Assembly (NCBI RefSeq): GCF_009914755.1
Contig: NC_060937.1
Origin: the human T2T-CHM13v2.0 reference genome, Homo sapiens
Length of the DNA stretch: 64,000 nt
Reading direction: 5' to 3' (one strand)
Position 1 is the stretch's first letter, and every line of letters starts with the position of its first letter. Under the pieces are notes generated by a model. It did not search any database. It was not told the DNA's origin and saw only the letters and a program-made list of their open reading frames with translations. The position numbers were made by a program, and so were the translations under genes. Below are positions 43,488 through 56,843 of the stretch, piece after piece.

Positions 43488-45882
43488 TGATATGGTTTGG
43501 CTGTGTCCCCACCCAAATCTCATCTTGAATTGTAGCTCCCATAATTCCCATGTGTCATGGGAGGGACTCGGCGGCAGGTAATTGAATCATGGGGGAGGGT
43601 CTTTCCCAGGCTATTCTCATGGTAGTGAGTAACTCTCACAAGATCTGATGGTTTTATAAAGAAGAGTTCCCCTACATATGCTGCTCTCTTGCCTGCCACC
43701 ATGTAAGATGTGTCTTTGCTTCTCCTTTGCCTTCTGCCATGATTGTGAGGTCTCCCCAGCCATGTGGAACTCTCAGTCCATTAAACCTCTTTCTTTTATA
43801 AATTGCCCAGTCTTTGGTATCTTTATTAGCAGCACAAAAGCAGACTAATACAGTAACTTGGTACTGGTAGAGTGGGGTGCTGCTGTAAAGATACCCAAAA
43901 ATGTGGAAGCAATTTTGGAACTTAGACAGGGTTGGAACCATTTGGAGGGCTCAGAAGAAGACAGGAAAATGTGGTAAAGTTTGGAACTTCCTAGAGACTT
44001 GGAGGGCTCAGAAGACAGGAAGATGTGGTAAAGTTTGGAACTTCCTAGAGACTTTCTAAATGGCTTTGATCAAAATGCTGATAGTGATATGGATAATAAG
44101 GTCCAGGCCAAGGTGGTCTCAGATGGAGATGGGGAACTTGTTGGAAACTGGAATAAAGATGACTCTTACTACATTTAACAAAGAGACTGGCAGCATTCTG
44201 CCCCTGCCCTAGAGATCTGTGGAACTTTGAACTTGAGAGGGATGATTTAGAGTATCTGGCAGAAGAAATTTCTAAGCAACAAAGCATTCAAGATGTTACT
44301 TAGGTGCTGTTAAAAGCATTCAGTTTTATGTATTCACAAAGATATGGTTTGGAATTGGAACTTATGTTTACAAGGAAAGCAAAGCATAAAAGTTTGGAAA
44401 ATTTGCAGCCTGATAATGCAATAGAAAAGAAAGACCCTTTTTTTTTTTTTTTTTTTTTTTTTGAGGAGAAATTCAGGCTGGCTGCAGAAATTTGCATAAG
44501 TAACAAGAAGCCAAATGTTAATCACCAAGACAATGGGGAAAATGTCCCCAGGGCATGTCAGAGAACTTCATGGCAGCCCCTACCATCACAAGCCCTGAGG
44601 CCTAGGAAGAAACAATAGTTTCATGGGCCAGGCCCAAGGCCCTCTTGCTGTATGCAGTCTAGGGACTTGGTGTCCTGTTTCCCAGCCCCTACAGCTGTGG
44701 CTAAAAGGGGCCAAGGTACAGCTTGGCCCAGGGCTTCAGAGGATGCAAGCCCAAAGCCTTGGCAGCTTTCACATGGTGTTGAGCCTGTAGGTGCACAGAG
44801 GTCAAGAATTGAGGTTTGGGAACCTCTGCCTAGATTTCAGAGGATGTATGGGAATGCCTGGATGTCCAGGTGGAAATTTGCTGCAGGGGTGGGACCTTCA
44901 TGGAGAACCTCTGCTAAGGCAGTGCAGAAGGCAAATGTGGGGTTGAAGCCCCCACACAGAGTCCCCACTGGGTACTGCCTAGTGAAGCTGTGAGAAGAGA
45001 ACCACCATCCTCCAGGCTCCAGAATGGTAGATCCACTGACAACTTGCATCATGTGCTGGAAAAGCTACAGACACTCAAAGCCAACCCATGAAAGCAGCCA
45101 GGAGGGATGCTGTACCCTGCAAAGCCACACAGGCAGAGCTACCGTAGGTAGTGGGAGCTCACCTCTTGCATCAGCATGATCTGGATGTGAAACATGGAGT
45201 CAAAGGAGATCATTTTAAGATTTGACGGCCCCACTGGATTTCAGATTTGCATGGGGCCTGTAGCCTCTTCATTTTGGCCAACATTTGGAATGAGTATATT
45301 TATCCAATGCATGTACCCCCATTGTATCTAGGAAGTAACTAACTTGCTTTTGATTTTACAGGCTCATAGGCAGGGACTTGCCTTGTCTCAGATGAGACTT
45401 GGGACTGTGGACTTTTGAGTTAATGCTGAAATGAGTTAAGACTTTGGGGGACTGTTGGGAAGGCATTATTGGTTTTGAAATGTGAGAACATGAGACTTAG
45501 GAGGGGCCAGGGATGGAATGATATAGTTTGGCTGTATCCCCACCCAAATCTCATGTTGAGTTGTAGCTTCCATAATTCCCACGTGTCATGGAAGGGACTC
45601 AGTGGGAGGTAATTGAATCATGGGAGAGGGTCTTTCCCAGGCTGTTCTCATGATAGTGAATATGTTTCATGAGATTTGATGGTTTTATAAAGGGGTGTTC
45701 CCCTACACACAGTCTCTTGCCTGCCACCATGTAAGACCTGAATTTGCTTCTCCTTTGCCTTCTGCCATGATTGTGAGGTCTCCCCAGTCATGTGGAAGTG
45801 TGAGTCCATTAAACCTCTTTCCTTTACAAATTACCCAGTCTTGAGTATACGTTTATTAGCAGCATGAGAACAGATGAACACA
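43488..45882 (+). mobile_element. Complete MaLR provirus, THE1B/C-like (LTR 43488-43852, internal, LTR 45519-45882)
   Basis: Two homologous LTRs, THE1 internal region, purine tract ggaggggccagggatggaa before the 3' LTR, perfect TSD atcca. Confidence 0.95.
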
Positions 45883-45889
45883 ATCCAAT

Positions 45890-46690
45890 TCTGTCAAGTC
45901 AAATCCCTACATTTATCTTTTACCTCTGCCTCCTCACTTCCTCCAGACTATCACCTCTTGCTCAACTGAATGAATGAAAAATGAATCTTTCTCAGTAAAA
46001 GACTGATTACAATGACCTCCTAACTTTTCTCTCTGCTTCCCATCTTCTGCCCCTCCTTCTCACTCCCTAATCCATTCTTTCCATTTTTAACTAAATGACT
46101 TCTCATAAATGAGAATCTGCTCAGATCACTTCCTGGTTTAAAGCCCTTCAGTGGCTCCATACAGTCTCTAGGACACAATTCAAACTCTGTAATGTAGTCA
46201 CACAGATGATAAACCTCCAGGGTCTCGCCTCTGCGCATTTCCCTGGACCTAGACTTAGTATTCTACTCACACTACCTCCAGTCATGCTCAAGATTTTTCA
46301 GTTCCTCAAAGGAGCCCTAACTTCCTTCCCCTTGATGCTGCTACCTCAACTATTTTCTTACCTAGAATATTTGCCTGAAATATTGTTCCTAAAATATTAT
46401 TCTTCAACTGCCTCACTCTTACTCTTGCTTAATGTCTCAACTCAAATATCACTTCCTACAGAAGAATTTCATTGACCCATGAAATGTGATTAGGGCTCCC
46501 TGCTTTATGCTGATTTAGCCCCCAAACTTGTGGTACTTCCTCCTTTAGTTTGATTACTTGGATAGTGTCTGTCTTATACCCTGCATCTGAGCTCCATGAA
46601 AACCTTAGCTATTTCATTTACTTTACTATCCTGAGTTCCTAGCACAGTGCTTGGCACGTATATACTTAATAAATATGGAACTATGAATAA
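45890..46690 (+). mobile_element. L2 fragment with 3' end
   Basis: Pyrimidine-rich L2 body; cctagcacagtgcttggcac...aataaatat end. Confidence 0.7.
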
Positions 46691-47111
46691 TTAATTAATA
46701 CCACAGCTCTGACATCCAGTGGTTATATCCTCCCTCTATTCTTCCATAACTCTCCATGCACAGTTACCAAACAATTCTAGGGTAAGGTCATTTGGAAATA
46801 CATCAAAATTCTAAAGAGTTTTGCCTTCTGAATATGAATGAAAGAGATAAAAATATTCAACTGCTGCTTGGATAACACATACTTGGGAGACACATATGTT
46901 AGTAAGTCCTCTGGATAATACATATATGAAAAAATGACTTTATAGAGAACAAAATGAATCTATTTGGAAATTCTAAAATAATAGGGCCAAAACTTAAAGC
47001 CTGTAATAATTACCACTTAGATTAGTATAAGATTTTACACCTTCAAAGTCTTTTGAATATGTCTTTTCATTTGACCTTCACAGTTTACCTTTGAGTTATA
47101 TAAGAGCAATG

Positions 47112-47590
47112 TACCAGTTAGGGTTATGTTCATCATCACTTACAAGGATCAAAATAATTGTAGCTTGAATAAGACAGAAGTTTATTTCTCTCTCATGATA
47201 AAGTCCAGGATTGTTATCATAACCCTCCTCTGAGAAATATTCCAGGTTCCAGGCTCCTTCAAGACCAATCTTTCCACATCAACAGGGTAGAGCCCTCATC
47301 TTCCTGGCCAAGATGAGGACTAAAGCTCTATCCATTACATTTATAATTGGAGGCTGCAAAACAGAAGAAGAGATAAAAAGGAGGAAGGACAAAGGGTACA
47401 TCCTAAGTATTATAAGGGATCATGTAAATGTCATGAGCATTATGACATTTCTGCTCACATCCTATTGACTGGCATGTAGTCTCAAAGTCTCAGTTAACTG
47501 CAAAGGTGACTGGCAAATGTATTTTGTTTTAGTCTGAGAGACCATGTGTCCTTAAAAAAATTGAAGTTTCTACTACAATGGAAGAAAAGA
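47112..47590 (-). mobile_element. Old MLT1 (J/K-like) LTR
   Basis: tagcttgaataagacagaagtttatttctctctcatg; cacatcctattgactggca...agttaactgcaaagg. Confidence 0.6.
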
Positions 47591-47742
47591 TTAATGGATT
47601 TTGAGGGAGAACTAGCAGACTCTTCTGCAGGTGATGTTAGATGCCCATTTTTCAGATGAGAAACTACAAAAGTTGTGAATGGAAAAGGCAGGGCTGATAT
47701 CTAAGTATGCTGAGTCTCCACTCAGTGATATTCCTATTACCA

Positions 47743-48430
47743 TTGCTATGGACTGAACTGTGCCCCACTTCCCCCAAAATTTCTTGTGTTGAAGCCCTAA
47801 CCCCCAGTGCGACTGTAGTTGGAGATAGTGTCCTTAGGAGGAAGTTAAAATAACTTCCTTCTTCAGCCCAGCTTCCTTCTGCCTGGCCATTAGACCATAG
47901 ATCTAACTTGACCATCCAGGTGGCTCAATCTCTTCCAGTGGTAATGCCTCCTCCCTTTTTCATTTCATTCTTGTTATCGCTATTCTTTAGGTTACCTAAC
48001 ACAACCCTAACTGGTACATTGCCCTTATATAATGCCAAGGTTAACCATGAAGATCAAATAAAAAGATATATTCAAAAGAGTTTGAAAGCATAAAACCTTA
48101 TACTAATCTAAGTGGTCATTATTACGGGATTTAATTTTTGGCCCTATTATTTTAAAAAAGGGTAAATTAGGTCTTAAGTGTAGAACTCTAATTTGATAAA
48201 ATTAGTGTCCTTATAAGAAGAGGAAGAAAGACCAGAGTTCTCTCTCTCTGTACCATGTGAGGGCATGGCAAGAAGGTGGCCATCTGCAAGCCAAGAGAAG
48301 AGGCCTCAGAATGAAACCTAGCTCGCCAGGACCTTGATCTTGGACTTCCCAGTCTCTGATCATGAGGAATAAATTTCTGTTATGTAAGCTACCCAGTGTT
48401 TTGTTATGGCAGCCCAGGCAGAGTAATACA
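47743..48430 (+). mobile_element. MLT1A-like LTR split by a ~310-bp insertion (47851-48160)
   Basis: 5' part tgctatggactgaactg...gaagccctaaccccc; 3' part gtgtccttataagaagagg...gcagcccaggcagagtaataca. Confidence 0.8.
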
Positions 48431-48439
48431 ACCATGTAG

Positions 48440-48904
48440 CCATCGCTGGTGATTAGTGACTGTTTAGACCTGGATCCATTCCCAAACTTCTCCTGCTTGC
48501 TTGGCATTGCAGGTCTGTATTCCACAGGCTCTCTGATACTCAGGGATGGTAGACTGAAGGGCGAGAAGAGTGAAGAAGCCAGAGCATTTCTTCAGCTTTC
48601 TCCCTACTTCAGGAATCTCCAGTGGGAGCTGCATCTCCTTCTTCAGTCCAACTTCCTTCTCCCAGTCCTTTAGACCACAGGTCTAACTACCGTCAGGTGA
48701 GCCCAGTACCATCCAGGTGGCTCAGGCTCTTCCAGCAATACCACCTCTTCCCTTTTCCTTTCATTCTGTAATTGTTATTCTTTTGGTTGCCTTTCTTTCC
48801 TCTGTTCACTCTCTCAGCCCTTCTAACCCCTTAGTTAGTTTCCTGTGCTAAATTTCCTCTTCCTGGCATGGGTTTTGTTCTCCCACTTGAACCCTGACTA
48901 AACA
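48440..48904 (+). mobile_element. Old ERVL LTR 3' part (LTR33/LTR41-like)
   Basis: Ends ttgaaccctgactaaaca, an ERVL-type terminus; subfamily uncertain. Confidence 0.45.
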
Positions 48905-49139
48905 TAATCGGACACTAAATAAAGCCAAGAATAATTGTGTTTTTCAGGAAAATGCTATTCACAAATGTAGGCTGCATGTCATCTTAAAATGTACCATACA
49001 GAAATATTTTTACTGTAAAAGATTCCATGTGCCATATCTTATATTCAACAACTAGGCCAAGAATTCTACAGTCCAAAGTCAAGTCACAGGAGTTTTAATT
49101 CAGCTTCACAAGGTTGAAATTTGCAGTGATACACACCAC

Positions 49140-50350
49140 TTTATTTTAAAGAGAATAGATCACAGAAGAGAGTAGCCATTGCAGCAACAGATCCATACAT
49201 ATAGAAAAGTTGAGCCTAAGAGGAAAAAAAAATGGCATTCCTAATAATTGGGAAAGGAATGGTCTGTTTGAGGAATAGTACTGAAGCAACTGGGTAGATC
49301 CATGGAAAAAGCAGAAATAAAATTTAATCCCTATCTATAAAAAAAGAAACTTCAGATTAATATAGATACTGACGTAAAGCAGAATATAAAAGAAAACATG
49401 AGAACATTTTCATAATCTTAAATACAACAAAGAAAAAAAAACAGTAACCATAAAAGAAAGTATTGGCAAATTTGACTGTATAAAACTTGCAATTTCTATA
49501 TGATGAAAGACAAGAAATAGGATAATATATTTGTAACATATTTAATAAAAGATAAAGAATAAGATTATATAAGCCATGTACGTATATATACACACATATA
49601 AAATATATAAGTTATGAGTTACCAATATAAATTCATTTTTGGGCAAAGGATGGAAATTTATTATTGGGCAAAGGATGGAAAATTATTTTACAGAAGAAAC
49701 AACACTGAAGAACAATAAAGCTATGAAAACTATCCAATCTCATCTGCAACCTGAAAAATCAAAATTAATAAAATATTTTTCCCAGATCAGATTGGTTAAA
49801 AACATAATCAATTGCCATCCAAAACAGTCCCCAGTGGCCAAACAGGAAAATTTGAGGAACAAAATCAATGAAATTACATTAGATTATAACCCAAAGTATG
49901 AAATACACAGCTATGAGTACATACTGATATAAATAAGTGATTGAATAAATAAATAAATGGAGGAGGATAGAATTCAAAATAATGTATCAGCTACTCTACT
50001 TTCAAGAGGGTGGAGCATAATTCTTCTTCCTTCCTTAAGTGTGGGCTCCACGTAGTGACTTCCTCTCAAAGACTGCAGGACAAACAGGGGGAAAGAGTGA
50101 CTTGGCAATAGAGAAACCTGATAAACCCTCCCTCTGCCAGGTGATCAAGGTTAACACCACCTCCATAAATCATGTTGATAGCACATCCCCTTGACATGAT
50201 GCAATGAGACTGGCACTTTACTGCTGTGATTTTTCCTCTGCAAAACCCATAATCTCAGGCTAATCATGAGGAAAAAACATCAGATAAATTCAAACTGAAA
50301 GACATTCTACAAAATCTCTGACCCGTATTCTTGAAAACTGTAAATGTCGT
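49140..50350 (+). mobile_element. Old L1M (ME and MC/MD-like) 3' fragments
   Basis: Decayed ORF2 end, then ccttaagtgtgggctccacgtagtgacttcc and gacattctacaaaat motifs. Confidence 0.65.
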
Positions 50351-50685
50351 TGTGATGGATAATTTTATGTGTCAACTTGACTGGGCCACGAGGTGCCCAG
50401 ATTTTGGTTAAACGTTATCCTGGGTGTTTCTATGAGGGTGTTTTTAGATGAGTGTAACGTTAAAATGGAGAGACTGAGTAAAGGAGACTGACCACCCTCT
50501 CTAATGTGGGTGGGGGCCTCATCCAATCAGATGAAGGCCTGAATAGCACAAAGGGCTGATCCTCCCCCAGATAATAGGGAATTCCTCTTGCCTGATTGCC
50601 TTGAGGTGGGACTTCAGCTTTTCCCTGCCTTCAGACTCAAGTGGAAATATCACCTCTTCCTGGGTCAGGAGCCTTCCAGCCTTTA
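50351..50685 (+). mobile_element. MLT2 (C/D-like) LTR 5' part
   Basis: tgtgatggataattttatgtgtcaacttgactgggccac start. Confidence 0.8.
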
Positions 50686-50814
50686 CATTATTTATTCAAT
50701 ACCTACTAGACACTGTGTTAGAGTCATTGCTGGATTTTAAAAAGATGGAACCCAGGTACATGTCTAATAGCATAAAATAATCTTTCTTGAATAAACATTG
50801 AATTGTTAGAATAC

Positions 50815-50930
50815 TAATGAGGGAGAGGAGGAAGAAGAAAGAGAGAGGGGTAGGAGAAGTAGAAAGAAAAAGAGGGAAAGAAGAGAGGGAGAAGAAAAAG
50901 AAGAAGAAGGAAGAGGAGCAAGGATGAATG
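50815..50930 (+). repeat. Purine-rich (GA/GAA) low-complexity tract
   Basis: Read directly. Confidence 0.85.
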
Positions 50931-53214
50931 ATGATAAAACAAAGCTTGTATTTTTAATCAGTCTCAACAATCCCTACTGACTTCCCCCCACCAAAAAAAA
51001 AAAAAAAATCTGAAAATATGTTGGACATGATTATACAGAAATCGAGCAGAATAATGTCAATTGTTTACATCATTAGTCATATTATTTTAACTCGCTATGA
51101 GTTTTCCTATTATAAAGCAAACATAGTACAATTTAATAAATCCTAATAGCATTTTACTAGGTGTAAAGAGCACCAGGAGCTATTAGCCTTGTTTTCTAGG
51201 CATATATTTATGCAATTTTCTTTTCACTGTGTGTCTAGGTTTAACAAAAGTACTTACAATGATATTTGCTGCAAATCGTTTTATTTACTGGCTGAACTAT
51301 AGTTACAAAGACTCATTTTATTTACGTCTAACTAAATTTTGAAAGTTGTAGAATGACATTTATATTAGTTACCCAATAAAGGTGGGGGTGTTTTGCTGCT
51401 ATTATTACTTTTCAATTCTAAGCAAGACAGAGAATCTGTTCTAGCTTCTAAAAGAAACTAGAAAGATGTATTGCTAATGATGTTCAGTCCATGTGTTACT
51501 TTAAATAATCTTAAGTATTATGAAAGTACCAGTCTAACAGTCTGATTTGCCTTTCTAATTTTGATTTTAATTTATGACATACAAATAAATGTTAAAATAA
51601 TTTTTTCTCTTATCCTAAGTCTGATCTTTTGAGTATATAGAATGAGACATGGTCACTGTCTGCTGAGTGCCTATCATGGGCTATACATCTTCCATTTATC
51701 ATGTAGAAGAATGTATATACCATTGAATAGTCAAGCAGCATTTAATTTAAACCTTACTCATCCCCACTTTTTGTTTAACAGATGAAAAAACAGGTTCAGG
51801 TAGATTCAGTAATTTGATCAAGGATAAAACAGCCCTGAAGTGGATTCTAACCCACTTCTGAACAACTCCAACACTGCCACTGTTTCCCACCTGACATGTT
51901 GCCTTCATTCTCATGGTGGGAACATTATATTTTATGACACAGTTGCCTCAAAGTTTCATTTTGAAAAGAGGTGAGTTAACCACCTAAATCTTTAATATGC
52001 CTAAATGTTTTCCAAAATAAGCTTCCGAACATTTCTAATTACACGTGCATATGTTTTGGTGTTCTTTCATTGACCTTAAATTTAGAAACTCTGAAAACCA
52101 ATAATCTCAACTCACAAACAGCAGTGTTTGAAGCCTCTGAAGTACTCTGGTTTTACTTAAGTTCCATTTGGGGAGGGGTCGGGGAGGGGTGGAGACCTGG
52201 AATGGCCATATAATGGCCCAAGACCCTTAAAAGCAGAAGCATGTCTGGAAAATGAGCGTCCTTGTTTATGACAAAGGCTTGAAAACCATGGGATGGCTTA
52301 GGTTGTACCACTTCCACTGTTACTCGCCACACAGAATATTTGGGTCTTTTTTCTTATGACATCAGTGCCAGGTGGTGAATCTCCAAATCTACTGGTGCAT
52401 GGGAGTGGGTTAAAGAAAGCCAAAATAGGTGATCTCTGATTCTGTTGGCTAACTAAGGACCATCCTAGGACAGTCTCGGTTTCTTTATCTATAAAATGAG
52501 TAATTTGGAGCAAGATACCTTTGAGTTTCACTAATCTGGGTATTCAGTGCCTCAGATTGCCCAGCAATACACTAGCAACTCAAATTTTGAACAACTAAAT
52601 GTCTGAGCCTTTCAATATTTTGAAGTAGAAAATTTTTACTGGCTTGTAACCATCTTTAAATGTCAGAATTGGTCAGGTCTATTCTACAAATGTCTTTTCT
52701 GCTAAGAAACTACCTCGGGAAAATCCTTTTCAGAAAAAATCACTACATAGTTTATGTATTGGCAAAGTTTATTTTGAAGTGAAAATGGTCAGTCTTCTGT
52801 TTTTGGTGATATTAAGAACAGAACCAGATAAATTGCATATACATTCTGATAAATTTTTTAGACATCTTCCATTAAGACAGTTAAATAATGAGGAATCTAT
52901 CAGGACATGGTAGATTCAAAGATATGAAATGTGTGGGTATAAATCCAGACTATTTTAAATTAACAACCGAGCCACCAAACTTGAAGCTCTGATCTACAAA
53001 AATATCAGCGCACATCATGAATACATAGAGGTATCGTAACTGCAAGAAGAAAAGGGATGAAAATGTCAAATCATATTTTTCTTTGTATAAGTTTTTATTA
53101 CAACACAGACTTTGAGGGAAAATACTTCAGTTTCATTAATAGAAAAAACATATTTTCCTAATTAATATAATTCCTGGTAGCATTATCAAGGCATTTAAAT
53201 ACTATTCAATATGG

Positions 53215-53352
53215 TAATTCATAATCTTTTTTGAATCACAAATCCTTTGAGGAAAGTAATGAAAGCTTTGAATTCAATTTTCATAAAAATGCATATTCAC
53301 ACAAGTGTGCATAAAATTTCAGGTGATTCATGGACTTTAGGTTAACAACCTT
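53215..53352. mobile_element. hAT-Charlie MITE remnant (MER117/MER112-like)
   Basis: cctttgag...atgaaagct...aaaaatgcat...aatttcagg...ttcatggac...aggttaa. Confidence 0.55.
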
Positions 53353-55115
53353 GTATCCGGGAGTGTCTTGGAGCTACTCAGACCTTTAAATACATATATT
53401 TACATGTATATTTATATATGTATGAAGATATATATGTTATACATATATCTTCTGCAACAACTTGGATATCAGCCCAGTTTATAGAAGAAATCACATTCTT
53501 ACATTATCATTGATTATAAAATTAAACTTACAGAAATTTAAAAGCAGTTAAACTTTATTATCTAACTAGCAGAGTTAGATATGTATCACAGATCACTGAT
53601 CTGTGATGCATAATGTAATAATGTAACAAAAATATGAAATGAAAGGATAACATTTTAGTAATGAGAAAATTTAGAATATGTTAGAATTTGAGGAAACTTA
53701 CTTTCATTTAGCATAATATATAAAATAACTAGGAAGCAAGAAAATACAAAAACGTAAAAGAAAAATTCAGTTTGCTTATTTAGCAAGAATAATTTCAGGG
53801 TGCAACTAGTTGTCAACACTTTGCTTGACTAACATTTGAACCTGTCCAATCACAGGGACATGGAATCATTATTTTGTTCCATTCTTTCACTCTGCTGAAA
53901 ACATTGACTTATCCTCCACAAAACATGGGTAGTCCCAGGTTCAAAAGAACTCTTCAAAACTCCACCTGGACTTTAATGGCCTGTGCTGCTGCAGGGTATT
54001 AAGAATTCCTTCCAAGAAGGAAAAGCTTTGAGGAAAGAGAATCACCATAACTGGCATATTTGTAGGTGGAAATACTGCTTCTTAAAGGAGCTGGTTAATC
54101 TGATTCATCTTTCCATCTTTCCCCCCTGACAACTATAATGTGAGTCATTCAGCAAGGAGGCCGATTGGAAACACACAGGCACATGTGCACACACACATAC
54201 TTACAAATTATAAGGTTCTACAATTTCAGTCTTGCACATAATGCATACTGCATATAATGGCCTGCTGAAGCCAATGCTCTTACTGCGAAGAGTTGCTGCT
54301 CTGTTTTTGCAAGAAAATTAAATTATTTTCTTGTCCCCGCCACATTCCCCTGTAAGTTACAAGCAAACACTTACCACCTGTTTCGTCTTTGGCTTCTGTT
54401 TGAATGCCAGAATAAACCTGGTAGGCCAGTGGATGAAAAGTATATTTCTAAGGCCCAGATTATAAATAAAAGTAAGGTTTGTTTATGTTTTACTCATATT
54501 ACTGAAGAAAAGCTTTAACTAGGCTGCAGCTTTATTATTTAAATGTGATGTTGGGGAACCTGTCAAAATTAGTGAGAACCAATTGAATTACCTCTTCTAG
54601 TGTGCATATCTTCTTCCTTTGAATTTCTCCAACAACTGTACATATAGCACTGTTAAGATGCCCTATAACACGTGTGTTTGTAATTATGTAATTTACTCAA
54701 CCAGACTACATAACACCTTTATGGTCAGAAATTATACTCTTATGTTTTATATATACAAGATCCTCAGTAATGTATTGATACTATTGTTGAAATATAAGTC
54801 AAATAGGTGACTTGCATTTAAATGAGTTTAAAAGTAACTTGTAGATAATGGGCTATTTAACATTTCTCTAGGAAGTTGTACAGAATAAAGTGTACAATTA
54901 ATTTCACAAAGAGTAAATGAAAATGCGTGTAAAGCATTTAGCATAGTGCACGCAGGTACACAGCAAAACCTCAATCAGTTCTTACATTTGTTGTTGTATT
55001 CCCCTCATCAGTTGCAGCTCTTTGTAAATTATAGGAGTTCAATAAATATTTGACTGGATAGGCGAGGCAATGGTTGACAAGAGAATTGTCTCAGCCCTAC
55101 AAATTGATTTTTTTA

Positions 55116-55560
<445 letters not shown>

Positions 55561-56363
55561 CTAGCAAGGTATTCTCCCTATTTCTGAAGCTACGTAGCTT
55601 ACATTCTAGTAAGAATGAATTACATACATTCTAGCAAGAAAGAGTCTTCTTATTTCTGTAGTTATACATCTTCTATTAAAGCCTAAAGCCTACTCTTTAC
55701 AATGATTGCTAAATACTGACAGAAGTCTTAGATGGAAATTTGATCAATGAAATTCTCTCTGCCTAAAGTCCATTCTTGACTGCCAGTAATCTGCCAGATC
55801 AAATCCTAGACCTCCGTCCAGTGCCAACCACGTAGCCCTCCCTCTTCTCTGCAAGCAGCTTCTCTTTGATTCTTACATTCCTTCTGTACTGAACTTTTTG
55901 AGGCTTCCAGACCCCACTATGCTTTTTGGTGCCTCCACAACTTTGTTCTGCCTGGAATACCAGGATCTTTTTCTCCCTTCCACCCACTTCATCTAGATGT
56001 CTCCTAGTAACTTTTCAAGACCCAGATCCAGCATGTCCTCCTCTAGGAATTGGTCCCCAGCTTCTGCCTCCTCAAGGCTAGCCTAGAGCAGAAAGCAGAA
56101 GTCGGTATCAAAGTGATAGTCTCCCAGAGAGAAAGTGAAACTATGGGAAAAGATCTGCATTTGATTCAAAATGTTGGAAGTTCTGGCTTTTGAACAATAA
56201 GAACAGCAATTTCTTCCACAGTACATCCTAGGTACTGAACACTGTTCTAGCTGGATTTAAAGAGAGAGGCAGAGTCAAGAATCCAGTGTAAAATACTGTG
56301 TCCCGAGGTCTAGAAGGTTTCCATGGCCTGAATATGCCACATATCAACATAAAAGGAGAATCT

Positions 56364-56456
56364 GACCAGGCACAGTGTCTCATGCCTGTAATCCCTGCAC
56401 TCTAGCCTGGGCGACGGAGCAAGACTCTGTCTCAAAAAAAAAAAAAAAAAAGACAA
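56364..56456 (+). mobile_element. Internally deleted mini-Alu
   Basis: Alu 5' end joined to Alu 3' end and poly-A; TSD aaaaggagaatct. Confidence 0.9.
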
Positions 56457-56521
56457 AAAAGGAGAATCTGGTTTTTTTGGGTAAATTTAGTGCTCCTGGT
56501 TCTATATAAGAAGGATTCAAA

Positions 56522-56843
<322 letters not shown>

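Noticed and set aside
43942-44052. ~55-bp tandem duplication in the THE1 internal region
   Set aside because: As recalled, common in THE1 internal sequences, so probably inherited rather than locus-specific
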